Shown piece by piece: positions 54,579 to 64,000 of a stretch of DNA of 64,000 nucleotides (position 1 is the first letter of the stretch; each line of letters begins with the position of its first letter). The notes beneath the pieces are model-generated. The model was not told the origin of the DNA, did not search any database, and worked only from the letters and a program-made list of their open reading frames with translations. Position numbers and translations under genes: made by a program. The stretch is from a phage, in the sequence record PZ445488.1; one strand, given 5' to 3'.

Positions 54579-55442
54579 ATGTATATTCAAACTCCAAAAC
54601 AATTGATTGACGTTGGCGAAATTGGTAACGCTTCTACAGGCGATATCCTTTTTGACGGCGGTGTTAAAATAAACAATGATATAAATGCTATTTACAATGC
54701 GTTTGGTGACCAACGAAAAATGGCAACTGCTAATGGGACAGGACCAAATGGACAAATAATCCATGCCACTGGATACTATCAAAAAGGAGGCCCTACTGAT
54801 TATTTCACCCCTGTTCCAGTAGGAAGTAGACACGACATAGATGCTTCTACCGGTGGTGTTATTGTTACTGTTGCTAGAGGTGAACTCGGCGATTCCGTGG
54901 AATTTATAAATTCAAACGGGTCAATTTCTGTAAACAACCCATTAAGTATCCAAGCATTAGATTCTATTAAAGGTGTTGCAGGTAATTTAGTTATAACTAC
55001 ACCTTATACTAAAGTTACTCTTCGTTGTATTTCTTCTGGTGCAGGCGGTTCAATATGGGATTATTCTACAGAAAGTATGTTTAGTCATACCGAAATTCCT
55101 GTAGACGGGACATGGAATATTATTTCAGACTATGTCAATATTCCTCTATTTTATAAAACCGAATATAATGCTGCTAAACTTTTGGTTACATGCCAATCTG
55201 CCAACGGCAGAAAAATTAAATCATGTGAAATAAATATTCTAATAGATACAATTAATTCAAGAGTTATTTCAACCGAATACGCAGTGATGCGCGTTGGTAA
55301 TGATAACGAAGAAGACGAAATTGCTAATATTAGTTTTTCGATAATTAACAATTTTGCCACTATGACAGTTTCTTCACATATAAATGGTCTTCGAGTGGCA
55401 GCTAAAGTTATTTCAACTCAGAAAATTAGGGTCGCTCAATAA
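54579..55442 (+). CDS. 9: baseplate wedge / long tail fibre connector gp9
   Basis: 287 aa; MYIQTPKQLIDVGEIGNASTGDILFDGG...; T4 gp9-like. Confidence 0.9.
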   Translation: MYIQTPKQLIDVGEIGNASTGDILFDGGVKINNDINAIYNAFGDQRKMATANGTGPNGQIIHATGYYQKGGPTDYFTPVPVGSRHDIDASTGGVIVTVARGELGDSVEFINSNGSISVNNPLSIQALDSIKGVAGNLVITTPYTKVTLRCISSGAGGSIWDYSTESMFSHTEIPVDGTWNIISDYVNIPLFYKTEYNAAKLLVTCQSANGRKIKSCEINILIDTINSRVISTEYAVMRVGNDNEEDEIANISFSIINNFATMTVSSHINGLRVAAKVISTQKIRVAQ

Positions 55443-57256
55443 TGAAACAAAATATTAAAATTGGGAACGTCGTTGATGACGGACAAGGCGATTACCTTCG
55501 TCGTGGTGGTGCAAAAATTAATGAAAACTTTGATGAGTTGTATTATGAATTAGGCGATGGCGAAGTTCCATATTCCGCTGGTGCCTGGAAAACATACCAT
55601 TCTTCAGATGGACTTAATTTAGCTGCTGAATGGGGTAAATCATACGCAATTGATACTTCAACAGGGCGTGTTTCTATAAATTTACCTAAAGGAACAGTGG
55701 AAGATTATAATAAAGTAATTAGAGCCCGTGATGTATTCGCCACATGGAATATTAACCCTGTAACATTAATTGCTGCCAGCGGTGATACTATTAAAGGTTC
55801 TTCTAGCCCAGTAGAAATCAATGTGCAGTTTTCAGACTTAGAATTAGTTTACTGTTCTCCTGGGCGCTGGGAATACGTTAAAAATAAACAAATAGACAAA
55901 ATTACTAGTTCTGATATTAGTAGTGTAGCTCGTAAAGAATTTTTAGTCGAAGTTCAAGGTCAAACTGATTTTCTTGATGTATTTGGGTCTGTTTCTTATA
56001 ATGTGAATAATATCCGTGTAAAACATCGTGGTAACGAATTATACTACGGTGACGTGTTCAGTGACAATAGTGACTTTGGTTCTCCAGGAGCTAATCCTGG
56101 TGAAATCGTTGCATTAGATGGTAAAAACATCCGTTTAAGACAACCATGTAATATCGGCGACACCGTACAAATTGAAACCTTTTTAGATGGGATTACACAA
56201 TTACGTAGTTCTTATTCTCGCCGCCAAATACGTATTTTAGATTCGAAATTAACAACCCGTCCTTCCTTAGAAGGAAGTGTATATGTCGCGGATTTGTCAA
56301 CTTTGAAATCTATTCCTTTTTCGGCATTTGGAGTTAATCCTTCAGAACCGGTCAATACCAATTCTTTAGAAGTTCGTTTTAACGGTATTCTTCAAGAATT
56401 AGCTGGTACTGTTGGTTTACCTATGTTCAGATGTGAAGGTGCTGATGCAGAAACTTCTACCGAGTGTTCAGCTTTAGGTGGGACTTGGGTTACATCTAAC
56501 ACCGATTATTCTATTGAATATGATGATAACGATGCAACTATTGCACGTGCTTTAGTCTTTGACCGTAAGTTTGAAGACCAAGACATTATTGATATTACAT
56601 GGTTTAATAACGATTTAGGCACTTTATTAAGTATCGATGACATTTTAGATACAACTGATGAAAGGTATGTCGCACAAGGTGCAACCGTAAATGTGACCGG
56701 CGATGTGGCTTTGACCGATTTCAATAATATCGGATGGCCTAATGTAGAATCTGTTCCGGCATATAGCAGGGAATTCTCATCTATTGCAAATATTTTTAAC
56801 ACTATTTACCCTGTCGGTACTATTTACGAAAATGCAGTGAACCCTAATAACCCAGCCACGTATTTAGGATTTGGTTCTTGGAAATTATGGGGACAAGGAA
56901 AAGTATTAGTTGGATGGAACGACGATATTAGCGATCCTAATTTTGCATTAAATAATAACGACCTTGATTCTAGCGGGAATCCTACACATACCGCCGGTGG
57001 AACAGTCGGAACAACGTCTAACACACTAACTAATTCTGATTTACCTCCTACTCAAACTGACGAGAAAGTTCTTATTTCCGATGAGAACGGTACAATTATT
57101 ATTGGTGGCTGTCAATACGACCCTGATGCAGAAGGTCCTATATACACCAAATACCGTGAAGGCCACGTCACAACGAATAGTACACACGTACCGCCTCAAG
57201 CCGTAAATAATATTCAACCGTCAATTACCGTATACCGTTGGGTAAGGATTGCATAA
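55442..57256 (+). CDS. 10: baseplate wedge subunit and tail pin gp10
   Basis: 604 aa; T4 gp10 size and order. Confidence 0.9.
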   Translation: MKQNIKIGNVVDDGQGDYLRRGGAKINENFDELYYELGDGEVPYSAGAWKTYHSSDGLNLAAEWGKSYAIDTSTGRVSINLPKGTVEDYNKVIRARDVFATWNINPVTLIAASGDTIKGSSSPVEINVQFSDLELVYCSPGRWEYVKNKQIDKITSSDISSVARKEFLVEVQGQTDFLDVFGSVSYNVNNIRVKHRGNELYYGDVFSDNSDFGSPGANPGEIVALDGKNIRLRQPCNIGDTVQIETFLDGITQLRSSYSRRQIRILDSKLTTRPSLEGSVYVADLSTLKSIPFSAFGVNPSEPVNTNSLEVRFNGILQELAGTVGLPMFRCEGADAETSTECSALGGTWVTSNTDYSIEYDDNDATIARALVFDRKFEDQDIIDITWFNNDLGTLLSIDDILDTTDERYVAQGATVNVTGDVALTDFNNIGWPNVESVPAYSREFSSIANIFNTIYPVGTIYENAVNPNNPATYLGFGSWKLWGQGKVLVGWNDDISDPNFALNNNDLDSSGNPTHTAGGTVGTTSNTLTNSDLPPTQTDEKVLISDENGTIIIGGCQYDPDAEGPIYTKYREGHVTTNSTHVPPQAVNNIQPSITVYRWVRIA

Positions 57257-57915
57257 TGACCATACTTAATACTAAAGCGGGAGTAATATCCCGCGAAGCA
57301 GATTTTTTAGGATTTAGAAAAAATCCTACTCAAATTGATATTTTAAACAACCAAGGCGTAGGTTCTGTAACTATTTCTCAATTGGCAAAAGGATTCTACG
57401 ATGATAACGTAGAATCTGCAATAAACGATGTTCATAATATTGCTAGAGCAGATGTAGGAACAGTTACAATTAACACCTCAGGTGTATCTCCTGAAGGAAC
57501 TTCACAGGTAGATTATTGGTCCTTTAGTGGAAGTGTAACTGACCCTAGTTTGCCCGATGGAAGCCCTGTTATTGTAAAAGTTTACGGGCTTCCTGTTAAT
57601 GCTACTGTAGGTATGACAGCCGACGAATTTGTTGTACAATTACGTACTACTCTCCGGAATGCGATTTCCGACCAATTGGCTATTGCAGAGTATAAAGATG
57701 ACCCTACTGTTGGGACTAAATTACAAATAACATATTTAGATAACCAAAGACACGTACTCCCAACGTATTCCGCTTATGGTATCACGGTTTCTCAAGAAAT
57801 AGTGTCTCAGGCTAAGTCCGGATACGGCACTTGGAATTTACTAGGTGCGCAAACCCTTACTCTTGACAACCATACTTCACCTACAACCTTTTATTATTTT
57901 GTGAGAACCGCATGA
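57256..57915 (+). CDS. 11: baseplate wedge subunit and tail pin gp11
   Basis: 219 aa from ATG 57256 (TAATG overlap with gp10 stop): [20 protein letters not shown]... Confidence 0.9.
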   Translation: MTILNTKAGVISREADFLGFRKNPTQIDILNNQGVGSVTISQLAKGFYDDNVESAINDVHNIARADVGTVTINTSGVSPEGTSQVDYWSFSGSVTDPSLPDGSPVIVKVYGLPVNATVGMTADEFVVQLRTTLRNAISDQLAIAEYKDDPTVGTKLQITYLDNQRHVLPTYSAYGITVSQEIVSQAKSGYGTWNLLGAQTLTLDNHTSPTTFYYFVRTA

Positions 57916-59462
57916 GTAACAATACATATCAACACGTTTCGAACGAATCTGTATATGTTGAATTTGACCCTACTGGGTCAAATTTTGATAGTTCAATAAC
58001 CAATGTCCAGACGGCCTTAGCCTCAATTAGCGCATATGGTGTTAAAGGTGTTCCGGACGCAAGCGAAGCAGAAAAAGGTGTAATTCAATTAGCGACAGAA
58101 CAAGAAGTTCTTGATGGATTTAATAGTACTAAAGCCGTTACACCCGCCACATTAAATGCAAGACTTCAGTATCCGAACGCGTCAGAAACACAATACGGTG
58201 TAACTAAATACGCAACACAAGAGGAAGCCATTGCCGGCACTTTAGACACTGTTTCTATTACTCCGCTTAAATTAAACCAAACTATTGATAACACGTTCTC
58301 TACTCGTTATTCAACAGAAACAACTAACGGTGTTATTAAAATTGCAACTCAAACCGCTGCACTTGCCGGGTCCGATGACACCACAGCAATGACTCCGCTT
58401 AAAACGCAGCAATTAGCAATAAAATTAATTTCTCAAATAGCTCCTAATAACGACCCGGCTTCAGAATCTATTACCGGTGTTGTGCGTTTAGCTACTGTGG
58501 CTCAAACACGTCAAGGAACTCTTCGCGAAGGATATGCAATTTCCCCGTATACCTTTATGAATTCTGTTGCAACACAAGAATATAAAGGTGTTATACGTCT
58601 AGGAACACAAGCGGAAATTAATAGTAATTTGGGAGATGTTGCTGTAACAGGTGAAACGCTAAATGGTAGAGGAGCTACCGGTTCTATGCGTGGAGTCGTA
58701 AAATTAACGACGCAGGCCGGTGTTGCACCCGAAGGCGATAGTTCTGGAGCATTAGCATGGAACGCAGATGTAATTAATACACGCGGTGGGCAAACTATTA
58801 ATGGTTCTTTAAATTTAGACCATCTCACAGCAAATGGAATTTGGTCACGTGGTGGAATGTGGAAAAACGGTGACCAGCCGGTTGCAACAGAGCGATACGC
58901 ATCTGAACGTGTTCCTGTTGGAACAATTCAAATGTTCGCAGGTGATAGCGCTCCTCCAGGTTGGGTTTTATGTCATGGCGGGACCATTTCTGGGAACCAA
59001 TTTCCGGACTATCGAAATGTGGTTGGAACGAGATTTGGCGGTGATTGGAATAATCCTGGAATTCCAGACATGCGCGGTCTTTTTGTTAGAGGAGCTGGTA
59101 CAGGCAGCCATATTTTAAATAATCGCGGTCAAGACGGCTATGGAAAGGATAGATTAGGTGTAGGATGTGACGGCATGCATGTTGGCGGTGTCCAAGCACA
59201 ACAAATGTCATATCATAAACATGCCGGTGGATGGGGCGAATATAGTCGGCATGAGGCACCGTTCGGAGCATCTGTATATCAAGGTTATTTGGGTACTAGA
59301 AAATACTCTGATTGGGATAACGCATCATATTTCACAAATGACGGCTTCGAATTAGGTGGTCACCGCGACGCAACAGGCACTCTTAACCGTGAAGGACTTA
59401 TCGGATATGAGACTCGTCCATGGAATATATCTTTAAATTATATTATTAAAGTCCATTACTAA
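57912..59462 (+). CDS. 12: short tail fibre protein gp12
   Basis: 516 aa; [22 protein letters not shown]...; T4 gp12-like. Confidence 0.92.
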   Translation: MSNNTYQHVSNESVYVEFDPTGSNFDSSITNVQTALASISAYGVKGVPDASEAEKGVIQLATEQEVLDGFNSTKAVTPATLNARLQYPNASETQYGVTKYATQEEAIAGTLDTVSITPLKLNQTIDNTFSTRYSTETTNGVIKIATQTAALAGSDDTTAMTPLKTQQLAIKLISQIAPNNDPASESITGVVRLATVAQTRQGTLREGYAISPYTFMNSVATQEYKGVIRLGTQAEINSNLGDVAVTGETLNGRGATGSMRGVVKLTTQAGVAPEGDSSGALAWNADVINTRGGQTINGSLNLDHLTANGIWSRGGMWKNGDQPVATERYASERVPVGTIQMFAGDSAPPGWVLCHGGTISGNQFPDYRNVVGTRFGGDWNNPGIPDMRGLFVRGAGTGSHILNNRGQDGYGKDRLGVGCDGMHVGGVQAQQMSYHKHAGGWGEYSRHEAPFGASVYQGYLGTRKYSDWDNASYFTNDGFELGGHRDATGTLNREGLIGYETRPWNISLNYIIKVHY

Positions 59463-59471
59463 GGGTAAAAA

Positions 59472-60914
59472 ATGATCGAATTAAAAAGTCTACCATATGT
59501 TGATGGCCCTCCTGATGAGGGTCAAAAACGTTTAAACTGGATTAAAAATTCAGAAGAAATAACTGGCGCTGATACGTTATACGGTTCCGAAGGAGTAATG
59601 AACCGTCCAATAACAGAAGTTCAACGAAATGTAGAAACAATTAACGATAACGTTAAGACTATCGCAGAATCTTTAGATACCGCTAATGCCGATATTGTCA
59701 CAATTAAAAGTATCTTGGATGTTTCTGGTGACGTAGATGCTTTAGCACAAATTGGACATAACACTGATGATATTGAAGTATTAAAACACACTGTAAATTC
59801 ACACAGTGTTGATATTTTAAACACTGAAGAAAAACTAGATGATACTATTGCTAATATCGGAGTAGTTAATCCAGAAACAGATTCAGTGTATCGTACTGTG
59901 CGTAACGACCTTCTTTGGATTAAAACCGAATTAGGGCAATATACTGGTCAAGATATTAATGGTGTCCCGACCGAAGGTAATGAAAGCACCGGGATGAAAC
60001 GACGTATTATTACTAACAGCTCAGTGTTGGTTGACCAAGGCGTTCGTTTAACCGAGTTAGAAAATAAATTTGCCGATTCTGATGTTGGGGCTCTGACAAC
60101 CGAAGTTGAAAACCTCCGTCAAGAAATAGGTCCTAGACCATCGTTAACAGTACCGGTTTACACTCGTTTATCTGGTATTGATTCATCCATTTCTATCCAA
60201 ACTAGAGATATTGCAGCGTTAAAAGATTTTGTTGGATATCCTAATTCAACCGCTATTAAAACTCAAGTCGAGGCCAATCGTCTTTCTATATCAACAATAA
60301 ATTCAGACATTAACTCGCCTGGCGGTATTAAACCACGTTTGACAACGTTAGAAACTACTATAGGCTCTCCAGATTTACCGACTACTCTTCAGGGTAAGAT
60401 CAAATTAAATACCGATTCCATTTCAGGTATTAACACAGTTTTAGGTGTTGATTCTTCTAGTGGTTTACGTTTTAACGTAGCATGGCTTAATCAGGTGGTT
60501 GGCGTTGATTCAAATGGTGGACAACCTGAACCGGCTGGTTCACTTTTATATAGGACTCGTATTCTTGAAACTGGTGTTACTGACCTAGGCAATAACATTC
60601 AAAACGTTCAAACCGAATTGGGAACTAATTCGTCCGGTATTAAAGGACAAGTGACTAGTTTAAATAAACTTATAAGCGGCACTAACCCAAACGGTCAAAC
60701 CATAGAAGAACGTGGTATATTGCCAACAGTTAAAAACCATGACACGACAATTACGGATTTAACTACGCGTGTTACCACTTTAGAAACAGACCTTGCTGCA
60801 GCAGAAGCAGAAATTCAAGCCCTTAAAGAGGCTGGATATATCGAAGATGCTCCTTCAGACGGTAAATTCTATGTTCGTAAAGATGGTGCTTGGGTTGAAC
60901 TTCCTACAGCTTAA
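59472..60914 (+). CDS. wac: fibritin (whisker antigen control, wac)
   Basis: 480 aa; coiled-coil repeats; C-terminal foldon GYIEDAPSDGKFYVRKDGAWVELP. Confidence 0.92.
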   Translation: MIELKSLPYVDGPPDEGQKRLNWIKNSEEITGADTLYGSEGVMNRPITEVQRNVETINDNVKTIAESLDTANADIVTIKSILDVSGDVDALAQIGHNTDDIEVLKHTVNSHSVDILNTEEKLDDTIANIGVVNPETDSVYRTVRNDLLWIKTELGQYTGQDINGVPTEGNESTGMKRRIITNSSVLVDQGVRLTELENKFADSDVGALTTEVENLRQEIGPRPSLTVPVYTRLSGIDSSISIQTRDIAALKDFVGYPNSTAIKTQVEANRLSISTINSDINSPGGIKPRLTTLETTIGSPDLPTTLQGKIKLNTDSISGINTVLGVDSSSGLRFNVAWLNQVVGVDSNGGQPEPAGSLLYRTRILETGVTDLGNNIQNVQTELGTNSSGIKGQVTSLNKLISGTNPNGQTIEERGILPTVKNHDTTITDLTTRVTTLETDLAAAEAEIQALKEAGYIEDAPSDGKFYVRKDGAWVELPTA

Positions 60915-60920
60915 TGAAAA

Positions 60921-60934
60921 GGGCCTTCGGGCCC
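60921..60934 (+). other. GGGCC-UUCG-GGCCC hairpin between wac and gene 13
   Basis: Perfect 5 bp GC stem with UUCG loop in a 32-nt intergenic spacer. Confidence 0.4.
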
Positions 60935-60946
60935 TAAAGGATTTAT

Positions 60947-61873
60947 ATGTCAGGTTATAATGCACAAAACCCTAAAGAATTAAAGGATGTAATATTACGT
61001 CGTTTAGGCGCTCCTATTGTAAATGTTGAATTAACTACAGACCAAATTTATGACTGTATTTCACGGGCATTAGAACTTTATGGCGAATACCATTTTGACG
61101 GGTTGAATAAAGGTTTCCACGTATTTTTTGTTGACGACGAAGAAAAATATCGTCATGGTGTGTTTGATATGCGTGGTTCTAACGTATTTGCCGTAACAAG
61201 AATTATAAGAACAAACGTTGGCTCTATTACTTCAATGGACGGTAATGCAACTTATCCTTGGTTCACTGATTTCCTTTTAGGAATGGCCGGTGTTTCTGGC
61301 GGTATGGGTAGTAATTGTGGTAAATTCTACGGTCCGAACGCTTTTGGTGCCGACCTCGGATATTATTCTCAATTAGTATCTTATATGGGTATGCTTCAAG
61401 ATATGATTGCTCCTCTTCCGGATTTTTGGTTTAACTCTGCAAACGAGCAATTAAAAGTAATGGGTAACTTTAGACAGAAAGATGTCATTATCGTTGAATC
61501 GTATGTTCGCTCTTATATCGAGACCCATAAGATGGTAGGAAATACAGTAGGGTACGGACAGGTCGGTCCTCGTGATTCATGGTCTATTTCTGAACGTTAT
61601 GATAATCCAGACCATAATTTGGTCGGACGTCGAGTTGGTGAAGATCCTGCAACTAAACAAGGCGCATATAACAACCGCTGGGTTAAAGATTATGCAACTG
61701 CATTAGCTAAAGAGCTTAATGGACAAATTCTTGCTAAACATCAAGGTATGATGTTACCTGGTGGTGTCACTGTTGATGGTGTTCGATTAATTGAAGAAGC
61801 TCGTTTAGAGAAAGAAGCTTTACGAGAAGAGTTATATTTACTGGACCCTCCTGCAGGTATTTTGGTAGGTTAA
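60947..61873 (+). CDS. 13: neck protein gp13
   Basis: 308 aa; T4 gp13 size and order. Confidence 0.88.
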   Translation: MSGYNAQNPKELKDVILRRLGAPIVNVELTTDQIYDCISRALELYGEYHFDGLNKGFHVFFVDDEEKYRHGVFDMRGSNVFAVTRIIRTNVGSITSMDGNATYPWFTDFLLGMAGVSGGMGSNCGKFYGPNAFGADLGYYSQLVSYMGMLQDMIAPLPDFWFNSANEQLKVMGNFRQKDVIIVESYVRSYIETHKMVGNTVGYGQVGPRDSWSISERYDNPDHNLVGRRVGEDPATKQGAYNNRWVKDYATALAKELNGQILAKHQGMMLPGGVTVDGVRLIEEARLEKEALREELYLLDPPAGILVG

Positions 61874-61874
61874 T

Positions 61875-62639
61875 ATGGCAACTTATGATAAAAATCTTTT
61901 CGCCAAGCTGGAAAATCGTGGTGGCTATTCTAAAACTAATGAAACTGAGATTTTAAACAAATACGTGAACTTCAACAAATACGAAAATAGTCAAACCCTA
62001 GCTGATGTTTTAGTGGCAGAAAGCATACAGATGCGCGGTATTGAATGTTTTTATGTTCCACGTGAATATGTTGCCGTGGACCTTATCTTTGGTGAGGACC
62101 TTAAAAATAAATTTACTAAAGCATGGAAATTTGCTGCATATCTGAACTCTTTTGAAGGTTATGAAGGAGCGAAATCGTTCTTCAGCAACTTCGGAATGCA
62201 AGTTCAAGACGAAGTTACATTATCTATTAACCCGGGTCTTTTCAAACACCAGGTCAACAATCAGGAGCCCAAGGAAGGTGATTTAATATACTTCCCAATG
62301 GACAACAGTTTGTTTGAGATTAACTGGGTTGAACCATATGACCCATTCTATCAAGTAGGTAAAAATGCGATTCGTAAAATTACTGCAGGCAAGTTTATTT
62401 ACTCTGGTGAAGAAATCAATCCGGTGCTTCAGAAAAATGAAGGTATCAATATACCTGAATTTAGTGACTTGGAACTTAATCCTGTTAGAAATCTTGACGG
62501 TATCCATGACATTAATATCGATGAATATTCTGAAGTTGAGCAAATCAATTCAGAGGCAAGTGAATACGTTGAACCATACGTAGTAGTTAACAACCGTGGT
62601 AGACAAAATTCACCGTTTGACGATTGGTTTATGAATTAA
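61875..62639 (+). CDS. 14: neck protein gp14
   Basis: 254 aa; T4 gp14 size and order. Confidence 0.88.
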   Translation: MATYDKNLFAKLENRGGYSKTNETEILNKYVNFNKYENSQTLADVLVAESIQMRGIECFYVPREYVAVDLIFGEDLKNKFTKAWKFAAYLNSFEGYEGAKSFFSNFGMQVQDEVTLSINPGLFKHQVNNQEPKEGDLIYFPMDNSLFEINWVEPYDPFYQVGKNAIRKITAGKFIYSGEEINPVLQKNEGINIPEFSDLELNPVRNLDGIHDINIDEYSEVEQINSEASEYVEPYVVVNNRGRQNSPFDDWFMN

Positions 62640-62661
62640 TAAATAGATAAGATAAAGCAAA

Positions 62662-62679
62662 CACCGGTCGAAAGGCCGG
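62662..62679 (+). other. ACCGGUC-GAAA-GGCCGGU hairpin immediately upstream of gene 15 RBS
   Basis: 7 bp stem (one G-U) with GAAA loop, 2 nt before TAGGAG SD. Confidence 0.35.
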
Positions 62680-62691
62680 TTAGGAGAAATG

Positions 62692-63513
62692 ATGTTTGGC
62701 TATTTTTACAACTCGTCGTTCAGGCGATATATCACAATGATGGGCGATTTGTTTTCAAATATCCAAGTTAACCGTCAATTGTCTACAGGCAATAAATTAA
62801 TTAGAGTTCCTATTACGTATGCATCTAAAGAGCACTTTATGATGAAACTTAATAAATGGACCTCTATAAACTCACAAGAAGATGTGGCTAAAGTCGAAAC
62901 TATTCTACCACGTATAAATCTCCAAATGGTAGATTTCGTTTATAACCCAACGTTTAAAACGAATATATTGAATAACTCTCTTTTGAGTAAATCGTCTAAG
63001 GATATTGTAGACCAATACAACCCATCACCAATTAAAATGATTTTTGAACTGAGCATTTTTACTCGTTACGAAGATGATATGTTCCAAATCGTTGAGCAAA
63101 TTATTCCATATTTTCAGCCGCATTTTAATACGACTATGATTGAGCAATATGGGCAGGATATTCCATTTGAAAGGGATATTAAAGTCGTATGGATGGCAGC
63201 AGCAATGGATGAACAAATAGACGGCGATAATTTATCCCGTCGACGTTTAGAGTGGTCATTAACATTTGAAGTAAATGGATGGATGTATCCTCCGGTAGGC
63301 GCAGCTGAAGGCCTTATTAAAACGACTTATCTTGATTTTCATGCTAATGAACGAGACCTTCAAACAGCCGCCAGCGTTTTTGAATCAGTTGATACAGAAA
63401 TTAAACCGAGAGACGTTGAAGCACAAGATTGGAATGGTGAAGTTGAACAAACTTATACTCATGATATTCCAATCCCGACTCCACCAACCCCTCCTGGTCC
63501 TAGAAAACAATAA
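62692..63513 (+). CDS. 15: tail sheath stabiliser / tail terminator gp15
   Basis: 273 aa from second ATG (MFGYFYNSSFRRY...) with TAGGAG SD; matches recalled T4 gp15. Confidence 0.9.
   Translation: MFGYFYNSSFRRYITMMGDLFSNIQVNRQLSTGNKLIRVPITYASKEHFMMKLNKWTSINSQEDVAKVETILPRINLQMVDFVYNPTFKTNILNNSLLSKSSKDIVDQYNPSPIKMIFELSIFTRYEDDMFQIVEQIIPYFQPHFNTTMIEQYGQDIPFERDIKVVWMAAAMDEQIDGDNLSRRRLEWSLTFEVNGWMYPPVGAAEGLIKTTYLDFHANERDLQTAASVFESVDTEIKPRDVEAQDWNGEVEQTYTHDIPIPTPPTPPGPRKQ

Positions 63514-64000
<487 letters not shown>

Noticed and set aside
45818-58828. Minus-strand ORFs inside the plus-strand late structural genes (45818..46030, 46287..46607, 51515..51718, 55151..55360, 56506..56802, 58511..58828, 59621..59824, 62010..62543)
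   Set aside because: Fully embedded antisense in conserved gp5, gp7, gp9, gp10, gp12, wac and gp14 coding sequences; no promoter or RBS; composition consistent with chance ORFs

Overview
The window is a ~64 kb segment of a T4-like (Tevenvirinae-type) myovirus genome; it is not T4 itself, since the proteins I can recall differ at roughly 10-20% of positions. Positions 1-44,390 are early/middle genes on the minus strand: gene 45 (partial), rpbA-like, 46/47 recombination nuclease, late sigma factor 55, nrdG/nrdD, endonuclease VII (49), nrdC, a ~10 kb accessory block, rI, tk, a TARG1-like macrodomain gene, a vs.1-like transglycosylase, regB, a GrcA-like glycyl-radical cofactor, denV, lysozyme e, nudE, a second ~8 kb accessory block, two tRNAs (Ile-CAU, Arg-UCU), 57A/57B, 1, 3, 2 and 4. 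Positions 44,449-64,000 are the late baseplate/tail-fibre/neck module on the plus strand: 53, 5, a GIY-YIG homing endonuclease, 5.4, 6-12, wac, 13-15 and 16 (partial). I found no alpha-glucosyltransferase between 47 and 55, no nrdD intron, no CRISPR array and no integrase. The most interesting content is accessory: a TARG1/DarG-like macrodomain protein, a Pol-beta-type nucleotidyltransferase in a three-gene cassette, five ORFs with T4 internal-protein capsid-targeting N-termini, two late-promoter/hairpin cassettes embedded in the early region, a split homing endonuclease, two small paralogous protein families, dispersed early-promoter/stem-loop cassettes and an orphan tRNA-like 3' element. Every functional call rests on motif recognition, synteny with T4 from memory and reading the sequence; no database search was run. 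The ORF track uses TTG/GTG as 'M', so several starts were moved to in-frame ATGs with a Shine-Dalgarno.
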